Assembly: GCA_051942205.1 (NCBI GenBank)
Contig: JAVECO010000022.1
Location: forward strand, 62,001-126,000
Direction of reading: 5' to 3'
DNA length: 64,000 bases
Origin: Coniocarpon cinnabarinum
Lineage: Eukaryota
Numbering within the stretch: position 1 is the first letter of the stretch; each line of letters opens with the position of its first letter. The position numbers and the translations under genes were made by a program. A model generated the notes under the pieces. The model saw nothing but the letters and a program-made list of their open reading frames with translations. It ran no database searches and was not told where the DNA came from. Below are positions 36,762 through 50,237 of this stretch, in pieces.

Positions 36762-38646
36762 TCAGCGCTTGGCTTGCAGCTCAACGCAGCTAAGGCTACG
36801 GCCCACGCCTTCCATTTCGAGGAAGGCACTGACGTGGACTTTGCGCCCGGCTTTGAGCTTGGGGCGTTTGGTTGGGGGTGGGTCGTGAGGACCTAGCACA
36901 AAGAACGTTAGCATGTGAGCTTTTGAGGTAAGGCCAGGATAATCGAGATTGGGCAGTAGTGTTCACGGAAGAACTGAGACTTCTGGTGTGCCGGCTTGGT
37001 GTGCAATTTCAAGCGCAGACGAACTAGGTCTGCGGACTCAGGAGAGGTGTGCGAGACATTTGGACTTACCTGACGGACGTCGGCTCTTCGACTCCGATCG
37101 TCGCATTTGGCAAGCTTCAAGGCCACCTTGAGCTTGATCAGGGTTTTGTTCTTGAATGTGCTGGTGGACGCATCGGAAGAACACGATAGGTGCGGGGAAC
37201 AAGAGCCCGGCACACGTTGGTCCAAGTCTGAAATGCAGCAAAGGAGGATCTGGCTGCTGCTGTACATCTTGGCGCTGATCTTTATCAAAGGAGCCGTCTG
37301 TGGTGTGACCACTCCAGTGCCTCTTATCGTGTGTGAGACCAGACTCTGAAAAAAAGCCGTGCGTGCTGGGTAGCGTGCTGGTCTGTTTGCGCGTATACAT
37401 GTTCCTGGGTGGACTGTGGGGTCGTCGCACGGGGACACCAGAAGATTGCTCAAAGGCAACAGTCATCTCGACACATGCCCGCAGCATACCATCCCACGTG
37501 CGCTTCATGTCAATCTCATGTCGCAGTTGTTTGAGCAGACCTCTCTCATCTGTGTCATTGAGTCAGTACACCGCGACAAAACCAAACATCAATCTTGAAA
37601 GGTTCACAACGCCTAACAAACCTTCAACAGTCCACCCGTTCCGACGCGCAGCCACCTCATCAGCCTTGAGAATACTCGAAGTGCCTCCAATCCCACAATT
37701 TTGAACACCGAAGAGACTCAGTCTCAGGAAGCTATTGAGATGTTGGAGACACGTTCTTGTCACGTTGCGAAATTCTCGTAGGATCAGAACTCGCAGAGAT
37801 CGAAAGGCGCCAGCAACGTCCGCATGTGCGGCAAAATGCTTCAGCACATGATCGTCGATCAAAGGTTGCTCTCCACGTCCAAGTTGATGGTCTGGGACGG
37901 AGCATATGTCCAGAGCGACCAAGTTTGGCAATTTTGCCAGCTGGTACAAATGCTGTCTTGGAATGTAGAGATTGGATATTGTGAGCGCAGTAAGCCAGGC
38001 GCAGTCGGGACTCTCGAGGAAGGGAAGATAGAAGGGAAGTGGTAGCAACGGCTCGTTTTTGACGCTTTCTTTAGATAGTCTGCGATAGGCTAAACGTGGA
38101 TCTCGGTGACCATTCTGAACGAGCACTTTCCACAAGTGAAATCGTTGTTCACGAGTTCTGAAATCGTGTAAGCCAGTGCGTCTTTAGAAGCGTGTTTTGT
38201 CGTAGGGCCTTTTGTACTCACAAGGTGGTCTTGGATCCGTCCCAAAGCCGCTTCTTGATTGACCACGGCACATGCTGTAACGTTTCGGCGGTAAGACTCT
38301 CGATGTTCTCGTAGAGCATATTGACGCAGAAGTGTTCCAGAGACGGTGGGGACTTGAACGAGGACCGTTCCCGAACTCTTCCAAGGCGTGGAAGTGTCCG
38401 GGCGCCATTGTGCGAAAGTAACCCACTCTTGCTTGCCTTGGCTGAGACAACGGCTTCTGAGTAGACCTGGAACAGTCAGCAAAAAATTTTAGATTTGTCC
38501 GCAGGGCTCGTGGCCAGCGTGAACTCCGGACGGCTCCCCTGTCGCAGTGCCAAAGGAAGGATTGAGGTTGCACCTACTTGTCCTGATGACCCGTCGAACT
38601 GTAGATTTGCTTTACCTAGGTCTGAGTCTGACCGTCGTGCAACCAT
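36762..38646 (-). CDS. Uncharacterised fungal LRR/RNI-like protein
   Basis: Five exons join in frame through four GT-AG introns. Motifs: PSLEHFCVNML..LQHVPWSIKKRLW, LAKLPNLVALDI, FRSLRVLILR, and a basic C-terminus KRPKLKAGRK. Confidence 0.7.
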
Positions 38647-39176
38647 TGTGCTTCTCTGTGTCACTCTATCGCAAAAGCTCGGTGGGCTCGTCCAAGTGTG
38701 TCAAATGGATATGGTTTGGCGCGCTATTTACGGGCGGTAAACGTGCAGACGTGTGATATGTCTGGAGGACTAAGAGCAACGAGAAGAATTCGCTCTCGGG
38801 ATTCCCTGCTCGAGACTTGGCATCCCTGTCTCTTGAGGGGATTGTTGGGTCCGTCCACGAATATATCCTGAAACGCGCGCTTGGAAGAGAGCGAACAAGA
38901 GCGAAGTAGAATCCGGGGAATAAGCGTCAATTATTCTGATGCATTACTGGATTAGAGCATGTTAGCCAACGACTGCCTCTTTTGCGAAAGAACGGCTGGG
39001 AAAGTGAGCGTATGGACGGGATCAGTGGTTCGAGAATGCACAGCCCAAAAATGGAATCAAATTAAGGAGCGTCACAGGTGACGTGCAATGTCACCACGCG
39101 ACTTGCTCAGCGGCCATGTTCCGCGCCCTCGGAGATACCGTATAGAGCCGATCGGTTCTCGGTGCAGATCTACTAG

Positions 39177-40316
39177 ATGGGCAGAGCGGTAGAGTCAATA
39201 TTGACGACACATTCTGCAGTCGCTACTCGTGCTCCGTCAAGCGCAGGCCGTCATGGAATTTTCTGCGTCAGCATGCCCCTCAAAAAGACCGCGCTTCTCT
39301 CAAGCAATTCTAGCATGTATGTATGCTGGAATTGCCTGTCCACCCCTCATTCAGCCTCGCCTCCGACTAGTATAAGACATCGAAGATCCCAACCCAGGAA
39401 GCGAAACGATCGCCCATATGCAACAGTTGCTGGAAGTGACAGTTTTCGTCTGCATTGGCCTGATACACGAGATGCCAGACGTATCCCGACACCCTACCAG
39501 ATCTTCAACCAAGAGCCTGGCGAAGAGTACTCAAAACGAAGATTCTACGAGCTTGTGAAGATCTATCATCCGGACCGCTCAAATTCCACCGCGGCCGGCG
39601 ACGACGCGAAGAGGAATCTCGAGCGTTATCGTCTCATCATCGCCGCAAATTATATCCTATCAGACCCGGACAGGCGGACTGCGTATGATCGTTACGGCGC
39701 GGGATGGGCCAGCTACTATGGAGATTCGGACATGAACAAAGAGAAATGGAAGCATCACAGGTATAGCACATACCGGCGGTGGCAGACAGAGTCATCTACT
39801 CGATGGGGCGAATGGTCCACAGATGGCGACGCCATGTTTAACGCGACGTGGGAAGATTGGGAAACATGGTACGAGAGACAACGTGATCCCGAAGGCTACG
39901 CGCGACGCAATTCTTGGAGCTCGGCCTTCTTCTCGAGCAGCAGGCCCAGCAATACAGTCTTTGCGAACAACTACATGTTTCTCAGCCTCGTCGCCATACT
40001 CGCAGCATTGGGAGGTATAGGACAAGCTACTAGGGCAAACCACCTTGCGGAAAACCGGAGGCAGCGAATGGATGCGTACAACGAAAAGGTTGGGAGAGAT
40101 CTGCTGGATGCGCGAAATGATGCAAAGGAGAATTCCCTGTCGCAAAGCAAAGAAGACCGCATCAAAAAATGGGTCAGGCAGCGGGAAGGGTATGCAGAAG
40201 ACGAACCGGACGGCAGAACAACCAGATTTGGTGGCGACTTTTGTGGTAGCAACCTCGTCAAGGACAAGGACGAGGTACCGTTTTGGAAAAGGCCTCCAGA
40301 GGATTGGGAACGATGA
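39177..40316 (+). CDS. J-domain protein, JID1-like
   Basis: PTPYQIF..KRRFYELVKIYHPD..ANYILSDPDRRTAYD and a C-terminal TM. The real start may be ATG 39273, which gives a basic presequence-like N-terminus. Confidence 0.85.
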   Translation: MGRAVESILTTHSAVATRAPSSAGRHGIFCVSMPLKKTALLSSNSSMYVCWNCLSTPHSASPPTSIRHRRSQPRKRNDRPYATVAGSDSFRLHWPDTRDARRIPTPYQIFNQEPGEEYSKRRFYELVKIYHPDRSNSTAAGDDAKRNLERYRLIIAANYILSDPDRRTAYDRYGAGWASYYGDSDMNKEKWKHHRYSTYRRWQTESSTRWGEWSTDGDAMFNATWEDWETWYERQRDPEGYARRNSWSSAFFSSSRPSNTVFANNYMFLSLVAILAALGGIGQATRANHLAENRRQRMDAYNEKVGRDLLDARNDAKENSLSQSKEDRIKKWVRQREGYAEDEPDGRTTRFGGDFCGSNLVKDKDEVPFWKRPPEDWER

Positions 40317-40678
40317 AACGTCCAAGAAGTGTTATGTACAGGTGGCTTTCCGTTGTGACAAGCATCAGGTCCGCGAACGTGAGTATTGGCCCTGCCAAGC
40401 ATGCCCAGCGTGTCTTGCATCTGTAACATCTCGTCCACAAGCGAAGATGGGCGGCTTCATCGAGGAATTTCAAACTGGATTCCCCAGACCCTGCCGAGCG
40501 GCGGTAGACTCGCCCGCGTCCGCCCCCACCAAGCCTTGTCTCTGACAGTGGGATGATTTTCGTATCCGAAAAGAACACCCGCTGGCTGTTTCTCAAGATC
40601 GCCTAAGACTCTACTCGAAATTGGTGCAATCCCCCTCCTTACATCCTCTTTCATCCCGTACCCTTAGCATACCCCAGC

Positions 40679-42191
40679 ATGTCGGTACCAGATCGCCCAG
40701 TGCCCCTTGACGAAAAGTACGATCACTATGACTACCCCACCAAGAGTCCAGTCGAGTTGTCTGGTCACCCAGGCCACACTACCGAGGAGCAAGATGCGAA
40801 GCTTGCACAATTGCGGATGATGCTGGAGCAGGAGGGTTACAAAGATCGTCTAGATACTTTGACTTTGGTATGGATATCCTATTGTAGTGCAAGCAAGGTG
40901 CAGGACTCGACGAACCGGCAAGGCTTAAGCAACATGCCCTGGCATTGTTTGGTCGATCTCTCCATCGGTGTACTCAGAGATACTGACACACTACCTGTGG
41001 CAGCTCCGATTCCTGCGTGCGCGAAAGTTTGATGTCAACCTCTCCAAGCAGATGTATGTTGCGCACCTTCTTCAAGTCATTGTTCGCTAGGAAAATGCAA
41101 GAAACCTACTCAGTTGGAACGAAGTCGAACCTTTTGCTAATCATAGTTTGCGTTGAACAGGTTCGTAGACTGTGAAAAATGGCGAACTTCCTTCCAAGGT
41201 GGCGTCGATGAGCTCGTTCAACACTTCGACTATAAAGAGCGCCCAGAGGTCTTCAAATTCTACCCACAATACTATCACAAGACCGACAAGGTAGGAGCTT
41301 TCAGGGACCTCCCAAAAGGTCCTGCGACCAGTCGCTGACGCCACAAAACTGCAGGATGGCAGACCTCTGTATATCGAACAACTGGGCAAAATCGACCTCA
41401 CTGCTATGAACAAAGTTACAACCGGCGATCGCATGCTTTCCAACCTCGTCGTTGAGTATGAGAAGGTGGCAGACCCGCGTCTGCCCGCGTGTTCTCGGAA
41501 AATGGGTCAGCTCCTCGAAACCTGCTGCAGCATCATCGACATGAAAGGTGTCGGTCTCACGAAAGCCCCGTCCGTGTACGGCTACCTCCAACAGGCTTCC
41601 GGCATCTCACAGAACTACTATCCCGAGCGCCTCGGCAAACTGTATGTCATCAACGCGCCTTGGGGCTTCTCTGGCGTCTTTAGCGTTGTGAAGAAGTTCC
41701 TCGATCCTGTTACTGTTAACAAGATTCATATTCTTGGTGGCTCCTACGACAGAGAGCTGCTTGCGCAAGTGCCCAAAGAGAATCTGCCGAAGATGTTTGG
41801 AGGCGATTGTGATTGCCAAGGTGGATGCATGTTCAGCGACGACGGGCCATGGCAAGATCCAGAGTTTGCGCGACCCCCTCGTTGGGCGAAGAAGGCAGGG
41901 TTGGAAGACGAACAGGCACAGACGAACAAGCAGGCAGAAGAAGCCCTGCACGATAAGCAGAATGCAGAAGGAAATGTGCAGACAAATACAGGAGCCGCAA
42001 GTGGACCAGAGGCAGCGAAGGAGATGGAGCAACAACACCAGGAGGACGTGAATGCACAGCATGGGCACGGCTCTAAAAAGCCTCAGATGGGTGCTGGCAA
42101 GAGCGAACAGGCAGATCCGCTGAATCCGGGCGCAGATCACGGACAAAAAACCGCTGCCAAAGGGGGCATTGATGAGCGTGTAGATGGATAG
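40679..42191 (+). CDS. SEC14: Phosphatidylinositol/phosphatidylcholine transfer protein
   Basis: LRFLRARKF, YPQYYHKTDKDGRP and SQNYYPERLGK motifs. Introns 40868-41003, 41054-41160 and 41291-41354. Confidence 0.96.
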
Positions 42192-42525
42192 AGGACGTTT
42201 CATCCATTGCATTGGGATTGGAGCGGATGCGGATACCCTAGAACGATGAATGCTCGCTTCACCACTTGGCCTGGCGGCGACAAAGAGCCTGGCTTCCATT
42301 GCTCGAGGCTGGATGCTTCGCATACTGCTCGTTCAAAGAGCACCGTCCTGCGATACTGGACTCGATTGACTTTCAGTGCACGAGCTTGACGTAGCCTTTC
42401 TTATCCTCTTTTTCATTTTTGCAATGCCTGTATTCTCATAAGATGCGGTTTGGGGTGCTTGACAGGCTCCACCAACGCCGTACATATGACTATGCAGATC
42501 AACCATGCTCTGAGGCGAAGGCCTC

Positions 42526-43250
42526 TCATCCCCTCCCTCGACCGCCAAACCCGCCTCGTCCCCTCGGTGGGCCTCCCCTTCCTCTGGGTGGCCCACCACC
42601 CCGGCCAAACCCACTACCGCCACGAAACCCACCACCTCCGCCAAACCCACCAGCACCACGCCCTCTTGGCGGGCCTCCTCGTCCCCCTCCCATTCCTCCA
42701 CCTCTGGGTCCCCCTCTGGGTCCCCCTCTGCCCCCTCGTCCTCTATCACCACCCGCGCCGCCACTTTTCTTTTTTGACCCAAACAGTTTCGGCGGCGGCT
42801 TCGGCTTGGGCAGAAACCGCTCCATTGGCAGTAACTTGTCCCCACCGATGAAGACTTTGTCCCCTTGATGAAAACTAGTAGCGAGTATTCCATCTTGCGG
42901 CTTGACTGTAAACATGACATTATTGATTGGTCCGAGAATTTCGTCGATTTTGCCGATTGCGGTTTTGTTTTCGAGATAGACGGGCGCGTTGAAGTAGGGG
43001 ACTTTGGGATTCGTGCTGGCGCAGACGAGTTCGCTTTCGCAGGCGTGCATGAATGTGCCGAGGGGAAACACTGTGTCTGGTGGACCGGTCGAGAATCCGC
43101 CACGGCCGCCTGTTAGAAATGGTCAGTCTCGAGTTCTGCGCGTGATCTGTGCAGCTTTAGGACTGCATCAGCGAAGATCAACGCACCTCGAAAGCCTCCG
43201 CGGCCGCGGTCAAACCCCCCTCGCCCACGAGGGGCACCGCGGAAAGACAT
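42526..43250 (-). CDS. GAR1: H/ACA snoRNP subunit Gar1
   Basis: RGG-rich ends around the core [28 protein letters not shown]. Intron 43186-43110. Confidence 0.97.
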
Positions 43251-43634
43251 GGCGCCTGTGATGCGCCAGTCGCACGCTCAGACCTAGAATGGAAGCAGTC
43301 TGCGAGCTTTTGAAGACTTGTCAAGACTTTTCGCGAGGAACTGAGTTTTTGCTGGATAGCGTCGAATACGTCTTTTCTCTCGGGGAAATTTTCGGCGACT
43401 ACAGAAACACTCGTTAGATTGAGAGCGCAGTATTGAGCGCGCGATCGTTGAACGCAGCCAGTGTCCAGGATGATGCACCGTTCACAACCTCCACGATGCA
43501 ACTCTAAGCAGAGCTCCAAAGTGTGGTCTTGGCGCTCTCAGCCCTGCAGAGCTAGCGCATTGGGAGATGCAGGAGCAGCCCAGTCAGAATGAATCCCACT
43601 CCATACATAAATGCAAACGCTCTGCTGACAATAT

Positions 43635-46094
43635 ATGAGTCTGCGGACTGTAAGACTTACAAAGTTTCCGATCTCCCACTGCTCACTCATCAACCCATGT
43701 CGATCTAGATTTATTGGAATCTCTGCCTCGGCTCCTCGAAGCTTCCGCCTATGCGCAATGATGTCCACCGAAGCCCAACAGCAGCAGCCACTTGCCGAGC
43801 GGCCGAAGAAAGAGAAGAAAGAGAAGAAGGGCAAAAGTGGAGCTGGTGGATCGCTCGAGCTTGACCCGCCGCCAGCATACATCGACCATCGTCTCCAGAT
43901 CTTTGAGAGGCTGAAACGTCAGCAAGATGAAAAGATTGCACAGAAGCCTCGAGACAACATAAATGTCACGTTGCCTGATGGCCGCGTGGAAATTGGAAAA
44001 GCCTGGGAGACAAGTCCGGCGTCCATCGCGAGGTCGATTTCGAAAAGCTTGTTTGAGAATACGGTCATTGCACGGGTGAATGGAGAGGAGCTTTGGGATT
44101 TGGAAAGACCGCTTGAGGGCAATTGCAAGCTGGAGCTGCTAAAGTTCGATGACCCGGACGGCAAGAAGGTCTTCTGGCATTCTAGCGCACACGTGCTTGG
44201 AGAGGCATCCGAGCGAAAGTACGGATGTGACTTGTGCATTGGGCCGCCTGTAGAGGATGGTTTCTACTATGAGATGGCTCTCCCCGACAATGGCGTGGTG
44301 GCGACAGAAGACTACGCACCGCTGACCACGATAGCTGAGAAGGCGATCAAGGAGAAACAGCCTTTCGAGCGGCTAGAGCTTACCAAAGAAGAGCTGCTGG
44401 AGATGTTTCAGTCCAACAAGTACAAGCAACACATCATCAAAGATAAGATACCGGACGGCACAAGTACCACGGTCTACAGATGCGGACCGCTGATTGACCT
44501 GTGCAGGGGACCTCATGTACCGCACACTGGCAGGATAAAGTCGTTCAAGGTCATGAAAAACTCTGCGTCATACTTCCTTGGGGATGCGAAGAATGACTCA
44601 CTGCAACGAATATACGGCGTGTCATTTCCCGACAAGAAGCTCATGGACGAGCACCTGAAGTATCTGGAGGAAGCAGCAAAACGAGATCATCGCAAGATTG
44701 GCAAGGAACAAGAACTTTTCTTTTTCCATGACATGTCGCCTGGCTCTTGCTTCTTTCTTCCACATGGTACCATCATTTACAATGCGCTGCAAGCTTTCAT
44801 AAGAGAGGAGTACTGGAAGCGCGGATATCAAGAGGTCATCTCGCCAAACATGTTCCACTCCGACCTCTGGAAGCGCTCCGGTCATTGGCAACACTACTCA
44901 GAAGACATGTTCACCTTCGAGGTGGAAAAGGATAAATGGGCATTGAAGCCCATGAATTGTCCAGGTCACTGCCTATTGTTCTCACATCGCACGCGCAGTT
45001 ACAACGAATTGCCAATGCGAATAGCAGATTTTGGGATCCTCCATCGAAATGAGGCGTCAGGCGCGCTGTCAGGCCTTACACGAGTGCGACGTTTCCAACA
45101 AGACGACACACACATCTTTTGTACCGAAGATCAGATTGAGCAAGAAATCCTCGGCCTGTTCGATTTCCTGCAGGCTGTGTACGGCAATTTTGGCTTCACA
45201 TTCAAATTGAAACTCTCCACAAGACCAGAAGGTCATCTCGGCGACATTGCGACCTGGAATAGAGCGGAAGAGAGACTCAAAAACGCCTTGGATGCATTCG
45301 CAAAGAACGGAGGCGTTTCGTGGGAACTAAACCCCGGCGACGGAGCCTTCTACGGTCCAAAGATCGACATAACCATCAGTGACGCGCTCAAGCGGGATTT
45401 CCAGTGTGCGACGATCCAACTTGACTTTCAGCTGCCTCAACAATTCAATCTGGAATACGTGACCAAGGAAAACGCACCGGCCGCAGCCAAAGAAGAGAGT
45501 AAAGACAATGCAGTCCCTACAGCGAATCCGAATGCACAGCTGAACGGCGAGTCCGTGGCCGAGGCGCCTCACGGAACTGCTGCAACGGCCAGCGCTGTAC
45601 AGAAACAGTCGGGTGAGAAGTCATACCGCAAGGAAGTGACACCGGGCTGCGCTCGGCCCGTGATGATCCACCGAGCCATCTGCGGATCGTTTGAGCGATT
45701 CATCGCTATCTTGACTGAACACTTTGCAGGCAAGTGGCCATTCTGGTTGTCGCCTCGCCAGGTTCTTGTGGTGCCTGTGATGCCTACAGCAAACCCCTAC
45801 GTTCTCGAGGTGCAAAAAACCTTGAGAGAGCGGGGCATGCATGCTGACATTGACATCACCGGCAACACCATGCAGAAGAAGATCCGGCAAGGACAGCTGG
45901 CTCAGTACAACTTCATCTTTGTCGTGGGGGCGCAGGAGATGGAGAGCAAGACAGTCAACATTCGCAACCGAGACGATCCGGCCACACAAGCTAAGGGCGA
46001 GCTTATACCGCTGGCGGAGGCCATCGCGAAGCTTGAGCACCTACGGTCAAGTAAGGAGCTCACTAAGCCTGCAGTAGTTGGTAAAGATGCATAA
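43635..46094 (+). CDS. THS1: Threonyl-tRNA synthetase, cytosolic type, with N-terminal extension
   Basis: TGS domain, FWHSSAH and DLCRGPH editing motifs, [24 protein letters not shown], anticodon-binding domain. Intronless. Confidence 0.97.
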   Translation: MSLRTVRLTKFPISHCSLINPCRSRFIGISASAPRSFRLCAMMSTEAQQQQPLAERPKKEKKEKKGKSGAGGSLELDPPPAYIDHRLQIFERLKRQQDEKIAQKPRDNINVTLPDGRVEIGKAWETSPASIARSISKSLFENTVIARVNGEELWDLERPLEGNCKLELLKFDDPDGKKVFWHSSAHVLGEASERKYGCDLCIGPPVEDGFYYEMALPDNGVVATEDYAPLTTIAEKAIKEKQPFERLELTKEELLEMFQSNKYKQHIIKDKIPDGTSTTVYRCGPLIDLCRGPHVPHTGRIKSFKVMKNSASYFLGDAKNDSLQRIYGVSFPDKKLMDEHLKYLEEAAKRDHRKIGKEQELFFFHDMSPGSCFFLPHGTIIYNALQAFIREEYWKRGYQEVISPNMFHSDLWKRSGHWQHYSEDMFTFEVEKDKWALKPMNCPGHCLLFSHRTRSYNELPMRIADFGILHRNEASGALSGLTRVRRFQQDDTHIFCTEDQIEQEILGLFDFLQAVYGNFGFTFKLKLSTRPEGHLGDIATWNRAEERLKNALDAFAKNGGVSWELNPGDGAFYGPKIDITISDALKRDFQCATIQLDFQLPQQFNLEYVTKENAPAAAKEESKDNAVPTANPNAQLNGESVAEAPHGTAATASAVQKQSGEKSYRKEVTPGCARPVMIHRAICGSFERFIAILTEHFAGKWPFWLSPRQVLVVPVMPTANPYVLEVQKTLRERGMHADIDITGNTMQKKIRQGQLAQYNFIFVVGAQEMESKTVNIRNRDDPATQAKGELIPLAEAIAKLEHLRSSKELTKPAVVGKDA

Positions 46095-47448
46095 AAAATA
46101 TACGAGGATGCCCTCGGATGTGCATTTACAAGCTCCGAAGAAGCCGAAACTGCGGGCGTATCCAGGTTAGTAGCTATAACACCATAGGATGGCGCAACAG
46201 AAAGTCGCCATGTGACAGCCGTTGCACGCGGCATAGCGCCTCGTCTTCCAGGGCTGACTCCGTATTCAGAGAGACAGGATGGCGGAGACGAAAGATGATG
46301 GTCAGCATCTGCAGCACTTAGCGCAGTGGCGTGAAGCAACCATCGACTAGATACGTTTCGGCGCTCGGGCTTTGCACAGGCACGAAGAAGAATTGATCAC
46401 GGTGACCGACGTGTAATGTGACGTCCTTGAAAATCTGCACAATACAGAGTACCCTCCTCGGTAAACAATTCGACAGTGGAGACGTAGCCTACAGGCGACT
46501 CTCGAGCGTGACCTGTGCCTTGTCTAATATACGTTGAAAGCAGCAGCATTATCGCCGTGACCGCCAAGCTCGACCTAGCGACCCAGAGCGGAAGGGCCGG
46601 AAGTGGACGTGCTGAATAAGCGACGAACCTTGCTCATCACTTTCTTGGCACGATCCCGATTTAGGTACTTTGTGACCACTGCTGGGAGCCAACCAGAAGA
46701 GCGAGCGGACAGGCTGGGGGCCAGCGTTCCTGGGACGGCCGGCGCTATACTTCTAGCGGTGGATCATCTGTGCAGACGGCTCAGTGACAGGCGCGACAGG
46801 CCCTGTGGAATGGAGAGTGCGCCAAGGGCGGCGGCGACGCTGAACCGAGCGTGATCACAGATCCATGTCGCGGGGGAGGGCACAGACTCACTGGAGGTGG
46901 ACGTCCCTCAGTGTCTGCTTCTCTCGGCGTGCTCGTCCGCGTGCACACGACGACGAGGCTCCAGAGGCCACGCAATTCTCGAGGGGACGTGACTTGGCAC
47001 GAGTCAACGACCGCCTTTTCCCTGAGCCCTCTCACGCTGTGTCGGACTTGGCGTCGGAGCTAGCACGTTGGAGACGATCGTGCCGCTAGGTTGGCGTCGA
47101 GACTCGAGAGGGACCCAGGCAAATGCGGTCATCGGATTTGGCTGCCGAGCTCAGAGTCAGAAAGAAAGAGCTGTTTCGTGCTTCCATTAGCTTCCTGCCT
47201 CTGGCCGGTGGCTTCACCTGTCGTTGGCTTTCCGCGCCTGCCGCAGCGCCTCGAGTAAATACTTAGTTCTCTCTCGCATCATTTAAACCTGCACCTCAAG
47301 CCACCTGTCTTGCTCCAAGCATCCACCACGTTCGCATAGCTTGCACTGCATCGGCTACCTACTTACTTACTTACGGCGTAGCCATTGCATCTGACTCATC
47401 CACTTCCAACCTGATTACACATACCGGCGAGCTCTTCACTGGGGACGG

Positions 47449-49396
47449 ATGGGCAACAAACCTCACACTTTCCTCTTCACAGCTGCCGCTCTCCTCTTGA
47501 GCTTGACTGCGCTCGTCGGCGCCCAGCACCAGCATGGTGGGGGAGGGCCTGCGGAGATGGAGGGTATGGGTGCGGATGGCTCGGATCATGGCGGGGCCAC
47601 CGGCGGCGCGCACCATATGAAGCCCCCGACTAGTGAAGACGCCAGGCTCTGGGGACTGCCCAGCTACTGGGAGTTGACTGAGCATGTTGGTCTCATGCGC
47701 GCACACATTACGGTCATGATCATTGCGTGGGTTATCATCCTGCCACTGAGTGAGTGCTTCTTCGATCGCAGGCGTTCAGCGTGCGCGCTCTTCCCATTCG
47801 AGCTTGACTAACCATGCGACAGCGGTCATGGTGAGCATTGCACGCTCGAAGCGCCTCATCATCCCAGCGCACCTTGCGTTCCTCATTGCGAACGGTTTGG
47901 GCGTTTCCCTGAGCGTCATATATGACGCAAAGACACCGGATCGCTATCCCAGTAATGCGCATCACAAGATGGGCTGGATCTTCACGTGGCTGGGGGTGGC
48001 CTGGGCTTCAATGAGCATCTTGCGAACTTTCACCACCACAAAACACGATGGGTACCAGCGCATTTCCAACGAGGCGCTGGCGGAGCACCAGCAAATGACT
48101 GCGGGCGCGCAGCCGATTTCCGGCTTCCACAATTACCGCTGGTCGCGAGACTCTGGCCAGGGCACGGAGCCCAACACCGCCTCGCTCACCTCAAACTCGC
48201 GGACAAACAGTTGGAACTCCTCAAATGGCAATCTTCCGTTTCGCAAGCATTATCGAGATTTCTCAGAGGCCGAGAACGAGGAGGATGTGGGCGCCGACTC
48301 CGATGACGAGAAGCGGGGCTTCCTGCGTGGCTCGACAGCCGCAGATCGCTTCGTGATGAGCAAGCTCTCCAGGTTCTCGCCGGGCTCGCGCGCAGTGGCA
48401 GTCATGAGCTTTTTCGCAATCCTTCTGGAGCGCTGCATTCTAGTATTTGGTTTCGTTGAGATCGCGACGGGGTGGGTGACGTACGCTGGGACAGCCAAGG
48501 GCCACCACGTCTTCAATACACTGGCGCATTTGATCAAGGGAGGCATCTTCTTCGTGTACGGTTTCCTCACCTTCGGACGCTGGCTCGGCTGCTTTGCGGA
48601 TTTTGGCTGGGCGTGGAACGTCAAACCACCAGCCGAGACGGTCGGCAAGGCGAAGAGTCGCGTCCCGAGCGCAGAGTTCGTGGAGAGCTTCGTCATCTTC
48701 CTCTACGGTGCCAGTAATGTTTTTCTGGAGCACTTGACTGCATGGGGTGAAGAATGGTCGGCCATGGATCTCGAACACATTTCGATCACTGTCATGTTCT
48801 TCGGTGGAGGTCTGCTCGGCATGTTGATCGAGTCCAGGGTCATCCGCCGCTTGATGAACAGTGCGCTTGCGTCACCCTTCCAACCGCAATCGCGCCACCT
48901 CGGTCCCTGGGAGGAGCCCAAACAGACCACCATTCACTCGATGAATCCGATGCCAGCCGTGGTCATATTCTTGCTGGGCGTCATGATGTCGAGTCACACC
49001 CAGCACACGCCGGTCTCGGCGGCTATCCACAAGCACTGGGGGCTGCTGTTTGCCGGATTCTCGTTGTCGCGCGTCTTTACCTACATTGTCATGTACCTGA
49101 AGCCACCCGGGAGCTACTTTCCTAGCCGACCCCCGACCGAGATCATCTCTGCATTCTGCCTGGTGTCGGGCGGGCTCATCTTCATGGCCAGCAACTCCGA
49201 CACGGTGCACTCGCTCGAGAACCAGGACCTCGACGCGATGTTCGTGTTTACCGTGGTAATGGGTCTGACTGGACTCTTGCTGGCGTGGTCGGTGGCTGTT
49301 GTGGCCTTCAAGAACTGGCTATGCAAGAGAGCACACGTGAAGCTAGCAAATGAGCCAGGACCGGTGCAGAACAGCATCCGGCAGTCAGCAGCATAG
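47449..49396 (+). CDS. Multi-pass membrane protein, DUF2427/YTP1 family
   Basis: Signal peptide and His-rich N-terminus; TPDRYPSNAHHKMGW, LAHLIKGGIF, FLEHL, DLEHISI and SRPPTE motifs. Intron 47750-47822. Confidence 0.85.
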
Positions 49397-50237
49397 ATTG
49401 CAGCCGTCACTGGGGAGAGCACCACTACATTTGAGAGTGCATGACGAAGAATATGAAGCGCAGCAGCGAGGACGAAAGAACCAGAAGAGGTCATGAAACA
49501 ACGAGGAGTGGGGCGCAGAGGCCGAGCTCATGGAATCAGCAGGAGGTTGGATACGACGTCGAACGTGGCATTTTGGAATTTTGTGATACCCCCTTGAGAG
49601 CGCGATTGGAGCAGCTTGGACGAATTGATTGAGCGAGCATGACGCTGGCGCTGATTGACGGCTAGGATCAGCGGCTGACGGCGCATAGACGCAGCATGAG
49701 TATATGAAGAGCATGAGATCTCGTCTTCACACGGCTGACCAGCTTGCCACCTTGCCCCCCATTCGATCCCCGCAGAGCTGTGAAAGATGAGCCTGCCTGA
49801 CCGGGGGGACGTGCATGACTCGGGAGGTGATGGCCCCTCGTCCGTTACCCGGGTGCCTGCAGGCGGTCTGCTGTTTGGGAGCTGGGCTAGCCGGAGGTGT
49901 TTGGGACTAGACTGGCACACCGTCCTTTTTCCGCCCCTCCTCCACCGATTGACTCTCGCACTCTACCACTCCCACTTCGATTCAGACACGGTCGACGCGT
50001 GAATCTGAGACATCACTGTGTTGTGGCAGCTTTGGGCGGCAGCGTCAACGACCGTCGGCAGCTTTCTTAAGATCTACAGGACCGACGTCCACGGACTGAC
50101 TGACCGGTGGAGTGACCGCTCTCAGTCGTGACTCAGCAGACACGTGCGTGGTGCGGTCGGCCAGCGTCACCGTGCAGGCCCCGGCGCCGACGACCAATCA
50201 GTGGACGTGTCCATCATTCCCTCCCTGCTCTCACGCC

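Noticed and set aside
41607..43103. Long antisense or alternate-frame ORFs over SEC14 and GAR1
   Set aside because: These are shadows of the codon bias and RGG repeats of the real genes.
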